Shown piece after piece: positions 1 to 12,419 of a stretch of DNA of 64,000 bases (positions are counted from its first letter, which is position 1; every line of letters starts with the position of its first letter). Location of the stretch: NCBI RefSeq assembly GCF_964213995.1, contig NC_135830.1:8060001-8124000 (forward strand), read 5' to 3'. Below the pieces are notes generated by a model, which saw only the letters and a list, made by a program, of their open reading frames with translations, made no database searches and was not told where the DNA came from. Source of the stretch: Mustelus asterias. Its lineage: Eukaryota. Both the position numbers and the translations under genes were made by a program.

Positions 1-897
1 CTCCATTTGCCATATCCTCGCCCACTCACTCAGCCTGTCCAAATCTCTCTGCAGATCTTCTCCGTCCTCCACACGATTCACTTTTCCACTTATCTTTGTG
101 TCGTCTGCAAACTTCGTTACCCTACACTCCGTCCCCTCCTCCAGATCATCTATATAAATGGTAAACAGTTGCGGCCCGAGTACCGATCCCTGCGGCACGC
201 CACTAGTTACCTTCCTCCAACCGGAAAAACACCCATTTATTCCGACTCTTTGCTTCCTGTCGGATAGCCAGTCCCCAATCCACTTTAACACACTACCCCC
301 AACTCCGTGTGCCCTAATCTTCTTCAGCAGCCTTTTATGGGGCACCTTATCAGACGCCTTTTGGAAATCCAAAAACACCGCATCCACCGGTTCTCCTCCA
401 TCAACCGCCCTAGTCACATCTTCATAAAAATCCAACATGTTCATCAAGCACGACTTTCCCCTCATGAATCCATGCTGCGTCTGATTGATCGAACCATTTC
501 TATCCAGATGCCCTGCTATCTCCTCTTTAATAATGGATTCCAGCATTTTCCCTACTACAGACGTTAAGCTGACCGGCCTATAGTTACCCACCTTTTGTCT
601 CCTTCCTTTTTTAAACAGCGGCGTAACATTAGCCGTTTTCCAATCAACCGGCACTACCCCAGAATGCAACGAGTTTTGATAAATAATCACTAACGCATCC
701 ACTATTACCTCTGACATTTCTTTCAATACCCTGGGATGCATTCCATCCGGACCCGGGGACTTGTCCACCTTCAGTCCCATTAGTCTACCCAGCACTGCCT
801 CTCTGGTAACATTAATTGTATTAAGTATTTCTCCTGCTGCCAACCGTCTATCGTTAATATTTGGCAAACTATTTGTGTCCTCCACCGTGAAGACCGA
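1..897 (-). mobile_element. CR1-clade LINE ORF2 (reverse transcriptase) fragment
   Basis: Reverse strand encodes CR1 RT motifs ([13 protein letters not shown] from gatccctgcggcacgccactagttac; DFQKA-like; SPGPDG). It runs off the window start. Confidence 0.85.
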
Positions 898-944
898 CTT
901 GCAATTGAGTCTTTGTCAATATATCCCGTGTTTGTGAACCCAAC

Positions 945-1061
945 TCTCCACTCATCTGACGACAGCTCGTGATATCCAATAACCCTGTTGGAATTTACCC
1001 TGGTGTTATGAGACTTCTTACTGTGCCCACCCCAGACCAACGTCGGCATCTCCACATCATA
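945..1061 (+). mobile_element. Decayed Penelope-terminus-derived short element
   Basis: aaccctgttgga...cctggtgttatgagacttcttactgtgcccaccccagaccaacgtcggcatctccacatcat matches the termini at 17744/21196, 53262, 56850 and 58117. Confidence 0.7.
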
Positions 1062-1326
1062 ATTTTAATAAGCAAAGGACAGCGATAAGCTGCAAAGCGC
1101 TGATGGTAGATATGCTGTTGCAAGGTAAATCTGGCTGGTAATGGGTCACATTTTACCTTTTACACTGACACAGTTATCGCCCAGATCTAGGTCCAAATCT
1201 CGGAATAAGTGACAAAGAATCTTCGTGCAGAATTTACTCATTCCCATGAGGTCACAGGCATTGAACACAAGTGAAGAGGGTGGACTGTGCTGTCATGGGT
1301 TGTAAGGTGATAGAATTACCATGAGG

Positions 1327-1630
1327 GTGGCATGGTGGCGCAGGGGTTAGTACTGCAGCCTCAGAGAACCAGGGACCCGGGTTTGATTCCCAGCTTGGGT
1401 CTCTGTCAGTGTGGAGTCGGCACATTTTCCCCGGGTCTGTGTGGGTTTCCTTCGGGTGCTCGGGCTTTCTCCCACACTGCGAAAGACGTGCTGGCGAGGT
1501 GGATTGGCCATGCTAAATTCTCCATCAGTGCACCCGAACATGCGCCAGAGTGAGGCAACTGGGGGGTTTTGACAGTAGCTTCTATGCACTATTAATGCAA
1601 GCCTAATTGCGACTATAATAAAATAAACTC
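1327..1630 (+). mobile_element. tRNA-derived shark SINE (HE1/V-SINE-like)
   Basis: A-box/B-box head ggcatggtggcgcaggggttagtactgcagcctca...gggacccgggtttgattcc, a conserved body (gtgggtttcc...gattggccatgctaaatt) and an A-rich tail. Confidence 0.75.
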
Positions 1631-2711
1631 CTAAACTTTAAAGGCAGCAGTGTGAATGAAATGGAAACAATTATAGAAAGTTACAGCACAGGAAAAGGTT
1701 ATTAGTCCTGGCGTGCTGCTTTGAAACAACAGTTGTGTTTAGTTGATCAGGAATGAGAAAGAGACATACCAAATTCTATTTTCACCTTGGCCGTGGAAGA
1801 CTTGACTCTGAACCACTAGACCACCGGCCTCCAGCATAACATGTTCAATATTGTGGTCATTATTTGTGGTCATTTCCCTGTGGTCGTTAATCCATCCTGC
1901 CTTGCTTTCTACCACAGACCTTCACTTTTGTTGTTTTTGCCGAGTGACTCCTGACTTTGCAATCAGAAAATTCTGGAAATACTCACATATCATTTAATAT
2001 TTGGGAAAAACATGAATTATGAAACTTTTCCCTCACTCTGTTGAACGGTATTCGGAAATATTGCTGTCTGGTTTCAAACCGTCGGAGAGAAAGTGATAAG
2101 TCTGGTGGCGCGTTTGTTGTACGTTGTCAATGGCTGAACACATCACTGATGTTGAAGCAGATTATGTCATTTTTCAGATGAAAGCTTTTGGGGTGAATGT
2201 GCTTTGGAGTGAAAATAAAAATAACAAAAGGAGCGTGGATAAAACAAATTGTAAAACAAGCTGTAACCTGTTGGACTGGTGGACAGTGTTTAACTCTTTC
2301 ACTGATATTTTGATTACTGGTCAAGAAATGAAGATTTACTGCTCTTGCCCAAACCTTGTAACAAATATCAGTTATTGCACTGTAGAACACATAAATCTTG
2401 CCCTCGCCTCGTGTCCTGCCCTTACTGACGTGAAGAACCTGAGCAAATACAATAGTAAGTTTTCTTGTCATTTCTGGCGGGAAATTCGGAACCAGACGAG
2501 GTTGAGGACAGTTTAAATCCTGTTGGTTCTTCATTGCATCTCATTGTCTTTCTGACTGGAGAAGATTTCTGTTTGCTCCAACGTTCAGACTTATCTGATT
2601 AACAGACAGACCGGACTCGAGGTACCCAATGGCCCATCCCAAGTTCTTTGCCTCTGAGCTATTTCAGTAGCAATACCGGTAAAATAAATGATTAGCCTTT
2701 GCATTTCTGGC

Positions 2712-2790
2712 GGTAGCGGGGCCGAACGGTCTAAAATGTTAGATTTAGGTTCCAAGAGCTGGGGAGGCTGTTCCAATCCCAGCGCTGCGA
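2712..2790 (+). pseudogene. tRNA-Leu(TAG) pseudogene
   Basis: GGTAGCGGGGCCGAACGGTCTAA...ATTTAGGTTCCA...TTCCAATCCCAGCGCTGCGA resembles vertebrate Leu-TAG/AAG, but the stems and B-box are broken. Confidence 0.7.
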
Positions 2791-3219
2791 CAAGTGGTTT
2801 AGTTCCGGACACGGCATTGGAGAGTTTCACCTGCGAAGAGGGACTGGAGAGACTGCGGCTGATTTCCCCTGAGCAGAGAATGCAGACGGCAGATTTGACT
2901 GAGTGTACAAAATTTTGAGTGGCATAGATATGAATAGACGTTTCCCCATAGTAGAGGGGAACATAGATTTCAGGTAGGGAAAAAGAGATTAAGAGAAAAT
3001 CAGAGAGAGATGGCAATTTGGAACACACTGCCTGAAAGGTTGTTAGACACGGGAACTCTAACTCTAAAAACAGTTAAGAACCATTTATTAGAGCACTTTG
3101 AACGCCATAATATCACGGGCAATCACACTCGCCGCACCACTGCAGTACAGATCTTTTGCCCATGTGTGAAAAAATGATATAATTAGTTGAGCAGATTGCT
3201 GCAAAATCAATGCTTCTTG

Positions 3220-3450
3220 ACATCATGGTTGTTGTCCCCTTTTGTCACATTCCTGATGATCGACAGCAAACTGGTAGTAATTGTCTTGGTTTGATTTGTC
3301 ATTTGCCAGGTAGATGCCAGTGATGTAGTTATACTGAAACACCTTGGCTCGAAGCGCATCATGTTCTAGAGCACATCTCTTCTGTAGAATTGCAGGAATA
3401 TTGCCAGTGCCAAGAGCTTTGCTAGTTTTCAATGCCTTCATATGCATCTC
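3220..3450 (-). mobile_element. Decayed non-LTR retrotransposon RT fragment (same family as 4450-5170)
   Basis: ORF 3223..3447 (KALGTGNIPAILQKRCALE...FQYNYITGIY) parallels ORF 4450..4947. Confidence 0.6.
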
Positions 3451-3777
3451 TGTCTTCTCATCAACGCTGCTAGTGCAAATGATTGTGCAATAGCGGGCGC
3501 CGCAGTAGTTTCACAGCACCAGGGACCCGGATTCAATTCCAGCCTCAGGTCATTGCACGTTTTCCCCGTGTGCATGAGTTTCTCGCTGGTGTTCCAGTTT
3601 CCTCTCACAGTGTGAAGAGGTACAGGCAAGGTGGTTTGGTCACGTATTTGCTGTAATTGCTTATGAGATGATAGAGTGACTGTGTGACTATCTGGCAAAG
3701 TTTAGACAATGACCTGAAATGAAAAAAATGGGAGAAGAGATGATTCGGGATTAATTGCAAATCCTTCTTTTCAGCTT

Positions 3778-3838
3778 TTCCGGAGGCCGAGCGGTACGGA
3801 TTCGGCTTTGTGCCCGGGATTGATTCCCAGTCAGGGGG
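3778..3838 (+). pseudogene. Degenerate tRNA-Glu relic
   Basis: ggattcggct...gcccgggattgattcccagtcagggg resembles the tRNA-Glu at 25348, with an internal deletion. Confidence 0.5.
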
Positions 3839-3987
3839 TGAATAATTTTTTGTTTAATTCTTCATTAAATTAAACCTCAACTCACATCTTCTGTAAAGCG
3901 AGCAAGAGGGTCAATCTCCAAGCTTAATGAATTATATCGGAGATGGAAAAGTCAGAGATGTAACAACAATAATAATCTCAGAAGAAC

Positions 3988-4285
3988 AATCACACTGCAG
4001 GCACACGGTCAGCATCGGTCACTTCAAGTAACTGGCACATGTCAAATTTTGTCCATTTCAATCCACACATTTTAAGTCCCTGCTCTCCCGCTCAGACATT
4101 TCCACTTCCATCAAATATCACTCAGCTAAAAATATAGTCAGTTTTAGCCGAGTGATATTTGATGGAAGTGCAACTGTCTGAGCGGGAGAGCAGGGAGTTA
4201 AAATGTGTGGATTGAAATGGACAGAATTTGACATTTGCCAGTTACTTGAAGTGACCAATGCTGACCGTGTACCTGCAGTGTGATT
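3988..4285. repeat. Long inverted repeat (144-bp arms, 10-nt spacer)
   Basis: 3988-4131 is the reverse complement of 4142-4285, with about 8 mismatches counted by eye. The spacer is atatagtcag. Confidence 0.95.
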
Positions 4286-4326
4286 CTGATTAGTATGCAT
4301 TTATTGCAGGGAAACTGCTAACGATT

Positions 4327-4399
4327 GGCTCCATAGCTCAGTGGTTAGAGCACTGGTCTAGTAAACCAGGGGTCGTGAGTTCAATTCTCACTGGAGCCT
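4327..4399 (+). tRNA. TRT-AGT: tRNA-Thr, anticodon AGT
   Basis: GGCTCCATAGCTCAGTGGTTAGAGCACTGGTCT-AGT-AAACCAGGGGTCGTGAGTTCAATTCTCACTGGAGCCT. All stems pair, and a TTTT terminator follows at 4403-4406. Confidence 0.92.
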
Positions 4400-4449
4400 A
4401 TGTTTTCGTTCAGTTAATGGCCGCAAGTTACACATGGGATGTTCAACCC

Positions 4450-5170
4450 TCAGTCCAATGCCGCATTGATGTCCAGGGCTGTCACTCTCAACTCACCTCT
4501 GGAATTCAGCTCCTTTGTTTGAACCAAGGCTTGTAGTGACGACAGGAGCTGAATGATCCTGGTAAAACGGAAACAGAGTTTTGCTGACGAGGTGTTGCTT
4601 GTTAGCAATACTGATGATCCGTTCATCACTTTACTGATGAGTGAGAGAAGATTGATTGGGCAGTAATTGGCTGGGGTGGATTTTTCTTGTTTTTTATATA
4701 CAGGACTTACCTGGGCAATTTTCCACATTGTTGGGGAGATGCCACTGTTGTAACTGTACGGTAAAAGCTTGGCTAGGGGAGCGGCAAACTCTGGAGCACA
4801 AGTCTTCAGCATTATTGCCGGAATGTTATCAGGGCTCATTCCCTTTGCAGTAGCCAATGCCTCCAACCATGGAGTGAATTGAATTGGTTGGAGACTGGCA
4901 TCTGAGATGCTGGGGACCACTGGAGGAGGCCGAGATGGATCTTCCACTCGGCACTTCTGGCTGAAGATTTCTGCAAATAGTTCAGCCTTATTTTTTCCAC
5001 TGATGTGCTGGGCTCCACCATCATTGAGGATGGGGATATTTGCGGAGCCTCCTCCTCCAGTGAGTTGTTTAATTGTCCACCACCATTCTCGATCGATGTG
5101 GAATGGCTGCAGAGCTTAGGTCTCAACTGTTGGTCGTGGGAGCGCTTAGCTCTGTCTATCATTTGCACGT
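4450..5170 (-). mobile_element. Non-LTR retrotransposon (CR1/L2-group) RT fragment
   Basis: ORF 4450..4947 reads PDNIPAIMLKTCAPE...WKIAQVSPVYKK...PANYCPINLLSLISKVM and ALDI, with frameshifts. Confidence 0.8.
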
Positions 5171-5411
5171 ATAATCCCATGAAATTCTGTTGCAGAATGA
5201 ACGAGATGCGAATATGTGCACGGTATCAAAATCGAAACGTTCCTTTCCTGTCAGTGCGTCAAGAAATTATCAGCATTTCATTTTTTAAAGTTGAACATTT
5301 GATGACGAAGTCAGAGCAAAGATAACATGGCTGTAACATCAAGGTTCTGTAATGTTGAGCAACGAATTGAAATCATACAGATTTTCCCCACTCGCGGAAA
5401 AGTTAACGGAA

Positions 5412-5485
5412 CGTTTCTGCCCAGCTCCGAGCCGTGGAACTTCTCGCACGTGAGACGAATGTGATAACCACTACACTACAGCAAC
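5412..5485 (-). pseudogene. tRNA-Val(CAC) pseudogene
   Basis: Reverse complement GTTGCTGTAGTGTAGTGGTTATCACATTCGTCTCACG...; the B-box is destroyed. Confidence 0.8.
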
Positions 5486-6659
5486 ACCTGACAGCACCTG
5501 GCCACAAATCGGCCGTCTGCAATGTTCAACTGCGCTGTGTTGCTGCAGGTTCCAATGGTTGGACTGAGAGACCATGTCGCTTAATTCGGGAACATAACCG
5601 TTACTTTCAATCTCATTGCTCAACTTATCTTGAACTTCAAAATTTAAAAGCATTCGTCTGGCAGATATCTAAGGGAGCAATGATTTCTACCCATTCATTA
5701 TTTCAACATTCTCATCTTCCTTCGAATAATCTCAACCTATTGTACTCAATAATCGAAGCGAATTCCTGCAGATGCTGGAATCTGAAACCAAAAGAGGAAA
5801 TGCTGGAAAACCTCACAAGCCCCGGCAGCATCTGTAAGGAGAGAAAAGAGCGGGCGTTTCGTGTCCAGGTGACACTTTATCAAAGCTCATTGTACAATTC
5901 TACTCAACATTTGTTTCAATATTTAAAATCAATGTAATATTTAATAGATATGTCTTCATTATGAATTGAATATTTCTGAAATTGAATATCACATAATTGC
6001 AAACATAACTGACCAACTGAAGGAATCGAGTCACCGGGTAATGCAGATCACAATTTTGAGATTGACCAGTCAGCTTTTAAACAAAGTCAACTACATTTAA
6101 ATGGAAGGGATTAAAACATTATCTCTGAGTTACACTTGAGCCTTTTTTATTATGGGCGCGAAAATTCAGGTGCATGAATTCCGGCCATCTATAGGAAAGT
6201 CCAGTAGATTGGCGCTGAGTCCCGATTCCCTCATCTGCCTGACTGTTTTTTTCGCCCTATTTCTTTGTTGTGAAGAACGATTTTAAAAACGAATCTTCTG
6301 GGAAATGAGCGCCATTTCCTATAGATCACTTACAATATCACCTGTGTCAGTCTTCTGGAGCACACTCCACGATTAGATATGTTTCCGATGGTGATTAACC
6401 ATGTTAGTCTGCACCTAAAACCCATTAAATTCTGTTGTAGACTGCAAGAGTTGCGAATATGTGCACGGTGTCAAAATCGAAATGTTTCTTTCCTGTCAGT
6501 GCGTCATAAAAAGGAATAGCATCTCTTATTTCACAGAAAACTTTTGAGGTCGATGTCAGAGCAATGATATCATGGCTGTAATATCGAAGTTCGGAAAATG
6601 TTGAGCAACGAATGAAATCATGCAATTTTCCCTCGCACGCCAAGAGAAAGCTTAATGAA

Positions 6660-6732
6660 TATTCCTGCTCGGTTTCAAACCGGGAACTTTTCCCGTGTTA
6701 GGCAAACGTGATAACCACTACACTATAGAAAC
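6660..6732 (-). pseudogene. tRNA-Val(AAC) probable pseudogene
   Basis: Reverse complement GTTTCTATAGTGTAGTGGTTATCACGTTTGCCTAACAC...GGTTTGAAACC; anticodon-stem mismatch and C56T in the B-box. Confidence 0.8.
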
Positions 6733-7424
6733 AGCTGGAAGCACACTGCAGCCAATCTGCTTGTTTGCAATGTTCAACTGCGCTGTGCTGCTGCAGGCTC
6801 CAATGGTGAGACGGAGAGCCCATGCCACTTTATTCAGGAAGATAACCGTTACTTTCAATCTGATTGCTCAACGTATCTTGAACATCAAAATTTAAAAGCC
6901 TTCTTCAGGCAAATATCTAAGGGAGCAATGATTTCTGGCCATTCATTAATGCATCATTTTCATCTTCCTTCGAATAATCTCACCCAATTGTACTCAATAA
7001 TAAAAATACATTACTGTGGATGCCGGAATCGGAAACAAGAAGAGAAAATGCTGGAAAATCTCGCAATGTCTGAAAGCACCTGTAAGGAATGAAAAGGGCT
7101 GACGTTTTGAGTCCAGATGACACTGTGTCAACGCTCATTGAGCAATTGTACTCAGTATTAGTCTCATTATTCAAAATTTAGTACCAATGCATTATTTAAC
7201 ACATATGACTTTATTATGAATTGAATATTTCTGGAATTGAATATCACAGAATTGCAAACGTAACTGACCGACAGAAGGAATCGAGTGAACGGATAATCCA
7301 GATCGCAATTTTGAGATTGACTGTAGCCAGCTTTTAAACAAAGTCAACTACATTTAAATGGAAGAGATTCAAGAATTATCTGTCCGTGACACTTGGGCCT
7401 TTTTTAACATGGGCGTGAAACATT

Positions 7425-7897
7425 GAGGGATGAGGGGTGTTGATTATGAGGAGAGACTGAGCAGATTGGGTTTGTACTCGTTGGAATTTAGAAGGCTGAG
7501 GGGGGATCTTATAGAGACCTATAAGATAATGAAGGGGCTGGATAGGGTAGAGGTGGAGAGATTCTTTCCACTGAGAAAGCAAACTAGAACTAGAGGGCAC
7601 AGCCTCAAAATAAAGGGGGGTCAGTTAAGGACAGAGTTGAGGAGGAACTTCTTCTCTCAGAGGGTGGTGAATCTCTGGAATTCTCTGCTCACTGAAGTGG
7701 TGGAGGCTACCTCGTTGAATACGTTTAAATCACGGATAGATGGATTCCTGATCGGTAAGGGAATTAGTGGTTATAGGGATCAGGCGAGTAAGTGGAACTG
7801 ATCCACTTCAGATCAACCATGATCTTATTGCATGGCGGGGCAGGCTCGAGGGGCGAGATGGCCTACTCCTGCTCCTATTTCTTATGTTCTTATGTTC
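7425..7897 (+). mobile_element. 5'-truncated CR1 LINE 3' end
   Basis: ORF 7430..7801 is the CR1 ORF2 C-terminus (LGLYSLEFRRLRGDLIETYK...FFSQRVVNLWNSL), followed by a (TTCTTATG)n tail. Confidence 0.9.
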
Positions 7898-8258
7898 TGT
7901 GAAATGTGCGCTATTTCCTCCAGTTCACTTACAGTATATATTGTATCTGTCTTTTTGAGCACACACTGCTGTCAGATATTTCAGATGGTGATTAACCATA
8001 TTAGTCTGCACCTATAAACCCATTAAATTCTGTTGTAGATTGAACGAGATGCAGATATGTGCTCGGTGTCAAAATCAGAACGTTTCTTTCCTGTCAGTGC
8101 ATCGAAAAAAAGCGCAGCATCTCTTATTTTACAGAAAACATTTGAGGCTGATGTCAGACGAATGATAACGTGACTGCAATATCAAGGTTCGGTTAATGTT
8201 GAGCAACAAACTGAAAACAAGCAATTTTCCCTTTCCCGACTTGAGAAAGCTTAACGAA

Positions 8259-8330
8259 CGTTTCTGCCCCGTTTCGAACCGGAAACCTTTTGCATGTTAG
8301 GCGAATGTGATGACCACTACATTCAGAAAC
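8259..8330 (-). pseudogene. tRNA-Val(AAC) probable pseudogene
   Basis: Reverse complement ...GTAGTGGTCATCACATTCGCCTAACATG...GGTTCGAAAC; deletion near the A-box and stem mismatches. Confidence 0.75.
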
Positions 8331-9450
8331 AGCTGCAAATACGCGACAGCAAAACTGCTTGTCTGCAATGTTCAACTGCGCTGTGTTGCTGCAGGTTCCG
8401 ATGGTCAGACTGTGAGCCAATGTCACTTAACTCAGGAAGATGACCGTTACTTTCAATCTGATTGCAAGCCTTATCTTGAACATCAAAATTTAAAAGCGTT
8501 CGTCTCGCAAATATCTAAGGCAGCAATGATTTCTGCCCATTCATTAATGCATCATTTTCAACTTTCTTTGAATAATCGCAACCAATTGTATTCAGTCATA
8601 AAAGCCAATCACTGCGGATGAGGAAAGAGAAGATGCTGGAAAGTCTCACAATGTCTGTAAGGAGTGAAACGGGCTGACGTTTCGAGTCCAGATGACACTT
8701 TGCCAAAGTTCATTCAGCTTTTATACGCAGTATTTGTTTCAATATTTAGCATCAATGCAATATCTAACACACATGTCTTCAGTATGAATTGAATATCGCT
8801 GGAATTGTATATCACAGAATTGCAAACATAACTGACCAACAAAAGGAATCGAGTCACTAGGTAATACAGATCGCAATTTTGAGATTGATCGTAGTCAGTT
8901 TTTAAACAAAATCAACTACATTTCAGTGGAATTGTTTCACTTGAGCCTTTTTTATTATGGGCGTGAAACATCAAGCGCATAAATTCCGGCCGTTTATAGG
9001 AATGTCCAGTAGATCCGCACTGAGTCTCGATTCCCTCATCTGTCTGAGTGTTTTTTTTTTCCTATTTCTTTGTTGTGAAGACCGATTTTAAAAAAGAATC
9101 CTCTGGGAAATGAGCGCCATTTCCTATAGATCACTTACAATATCACTTGTGTCAGTCTTCTATTAGAAACGTTTCACATGGTGATTAACTATGTCAGTCT
9201 GCACCTATAATTCCATTAAAATCGGTTGTGGACTGAACGAGATGCGAATATGTGCATGGTATCAAAATCGAAACGTCCCTTTTCTGTCAGTGCGTCAAGA
9301 AACTATCAGCATTTATTTTTTTAAATTAAACATTTGGCGACGAAGTCAGAGCAAAGATAATATGGCTGCAACATCCAGATGCGGCAATGTTGAGCAACGA
9401 ATTGAAATCATATAGATTTTCCCCACTCGACATGAAAATTTTTTACGGAA

Positions 9451-9523
9451 TGTTTTTGCCCGCGTTTAAACACGGGTCCTTTCACATATGAGGCAAACGT
9501 GACAACCACTACACTACAGAAAC
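9451..9523 (-). pseudogene. tRNA-Val-body pseudogene with CAT anticodon
   Basis: Val body with loop CT-CAT-AT; the T-arm/B-box is broken (GTTTAAAC). Confidence 0.7.
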
Positions 9524-9593
9524 AGCTGACAGCGCAGCACAACCAATCGACCTGTCTACAGGTTCCAATGGTTGGACTGAGAGCCCATGTCAT

Positions 9594-10958
9594 ATAGCCA
9601 TAGAGTCATCGAAGTTTACAGCATGGAAACAGACCCTTCGGCCCAAATTGTCCATGCCGCCCTTTTTTTTTAAACCCCGAAGCTAATCCCAATTGCCCGC
9701 ATTTGGCCCATATCCGTCTATACCCATCTTACCCATGTAACTATTTAAATGCTTTTTAAAAGAAACAGTTGTACCCGCCTCTACAATTACCTCTGGCAGC
9801 TTGTTCCAGACACTCACCACCCTCTGTGTGAAGAAAATGCCCCTCTGGACACTTTTGTATCTCTCCCCTCTCACCTTAAATCTATGCCGTCTAGTTTTAG
9901 ACCCCCCTACCTTTGGGAAAATATATTGACTATCTACCTTGTCGATGCCCCTCATTATTTTATAGATCTCGATAAGCCTCCTACGCTCCAGAGAAAAAAG
10001 CCCCAGTCTATTCAGCCTCTCCTTATAACTCAATCCATCAAGTCCCGGTAGCATTCTAGTATTTTTTTTCTGCACTCTTTCTAGTTTAGTAATATTCTGT
10101 CTACAACGCCGGCATCTCGACATTACAATAGGGTGACCAGAATTGCACACAGTATTCCAAGTGTGGCCATACCAATGTCTTGTACAACATTAACAAGACG
10201 TCCCAACTCCTGTATTCAATGTTCTGACCGATGAAATCAAGCTTGCCGAATGCCTTCTTCACCACTCTGTCCACCTGTGACTCCACTTTCAAGGAGCTAT
10301 GAACATGTACCCCTAGATCTGTTTGTTCTGTAACTCTCCCCAACGCCCGACCATTAACTGAGTAAGTCCTGCCCTGGTACAATCTACCAAAATGCATCGC
10401 TGGTCACAGGCCTCCAGTTTGAAAAACAACTCTCTAGAACAACCTTCTGTCAAGAAGCCAATTTTGTATCCATTTAGACCAGATTTAACTTTGTGCAACA
10501 ACCTACCATGCGGTACCTTGTCAAAGGTCTTGCTGAAGTCCATGTAGACAACATCAACTGCACTGCCCTCATGTACCTTCTTGGTTACCCCTTCAAAAAA
10601 CTCAATTAAATTGGTGAGACATGATTTTCCAATCACAAAGCCATGCTGAATGTCCCTATGCAATCCTTGCATCTCTAAATGCCTGTAGATCCTATCTCTC
10701 GAAATACCTTCCAACAATTTACCCACCACAGGTATGAGGCTCACTGGCCTGTAGTGCCCAGGCTTTTCCCTGCAGTCCTTCTTAAACAAAGGCACAACAT
10801 TTGCCACTCTCCAATGTTCAGGCACCTCACCCGTGACTATCCATGATTCAAATGTATCGGCTCGGAAACCCGCAATTTCCTCCCTAAACTCCCAGAACCT
10901 CCTGGGATATACCTCATCAGGTCCCGCAGATTTATCTACCTCGATGCGCTTTAAGACT
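9594..10958 (-). mobile_element. CR1 LINE fragment (RT to 3'UTR), degraded
   Basis: ORFs 9683..10150, 10101..10397 and 10313..10825 carry CR1 motifs (YRPVSL, SCLTNLIEFFE, HLEYCVQFWSP). Confidence 0.9.
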
Positions 10959-12021
10959 TAATTCGGGAAGATAACCGTTACTTTTAATCTGATTGCTCAA
11001 CTTACCTTCAACTTCAAAAGTTAAAAGCGTTCGTCTGGCAAATATCTAAGTGAGCATTTCTGCCCATTCATTATTTCATCATTCTCATCTTCCTTCGAAT
11101 AATCTCAACCAATTGTACTCAGTAATAACAGCAAATTACTGCGGATGCTGGAATCGGAAACCAAAAGGGAAAAATCTGGCAAATCTCACAAGGACGGCAG
11201 AATCTATAAGGAGTGAAAAGAGCTGACGTTTCGAGTCAAGATGACATTTTGTCAAAGCTCATTGTACAATTTTACTAAGTATTTGTTTCAATATTTAGTA
11301 TCAATGCATTATTTAACACATATGTCTTCATTATGAATTGAATATCTTTGGAATTGAACATCACTGAACTGCAAACAGAACTGACCAACAAAATGAATCG
11401 AGTCACCGGGTTAAACAGATCACAATTTTAAGATTGAACATAGACAGCTTTTTTAAAAAGTCATTTGGATCTAAATGGAAGAGATTTAAGAATTATCTGC
11501 GAGTGACCCTTGAGCCTTTTTTTATTATGGGCGTGAAACATTCAGGCGCATAAATTCCGTCCCTTTACAGGAAAGGCCAGTTGATCCGCACTGTGTCTCG
11601 ATCTCCTCAAGTGTCTGAGTGTGTTCTTCCTGTTTCTTTGTGATGTAAAACGATTTAAAAAAAGATTTTCTGTGAAATATGGGCCCTTTTCTCGAGTTCA
11701 TTTACAGTATCACTTGTGTCTGTCTTTTGGAGCACACACTGCTATCAGATATTTCAGACAGTGATTAACCATATTAGTCTGCACCTATAAACCCATTAAA
11801 TTTTGTTGTCGACTGAACGAGATGCCAATCTGTGCTCGGTGTCGAACTCGAACTTTCCTGTCAGTGCGTGAAAAAGCAATAGCATTTCTTATTTCACAGA
11901 AAGCATTTGAGGGTGATGCCAGAGCAATATTCACATGCCTTTAACATCGAGGCTCGGATAACTTTGAGCAACAAACTGAAATCAAGCAAATTTCCTTTAC
12001 CCGACATGAGAAATGAATAAA

Positions 12022-12085
12022 TCAGTTTCGAACCGGGCAACTTTCGCGTGTTAGGCAAACACGAAAACCACCACACTTTAGAGAC
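12022..12085 (-). pseudogene. tRNA-Val(AAC) truncated pseudogene
   Basis: cagtttcgaaccgggcaactttcgcgtgttaggcaaac...; the 3' acceptor strand is deleted. Confidence 0.7.
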
Positions 12086-12419
12086 AGCTGGAAGCAAGCT
12101 ACACCAGATCTGCCTGTCTGCAATGTTCAACTGTGCTTTGTTTCTGCAGGTTGCAATGTTTGGACTGAGAGCCCATGTGACTTAATTCAGGAAGATAACC
12201 GTTGCTTTCAAACTGACTACTCAACTTATCTTGAACATCAAAGTTTAAAAGCTTTCGTCTGGCAAATATTTAATGGAGCATTGATTTCTGCTCATTCATT
12301 AATGCATCATTCTCATCTTCCTTCGAATAGTCTCAACCAATTGTACTCAGCAACAAAGCAAATTACTGCGGATACCGGAATGGCAAACCAAACAACAAAA
12401 TGCGGGAAAATCTCACGTC

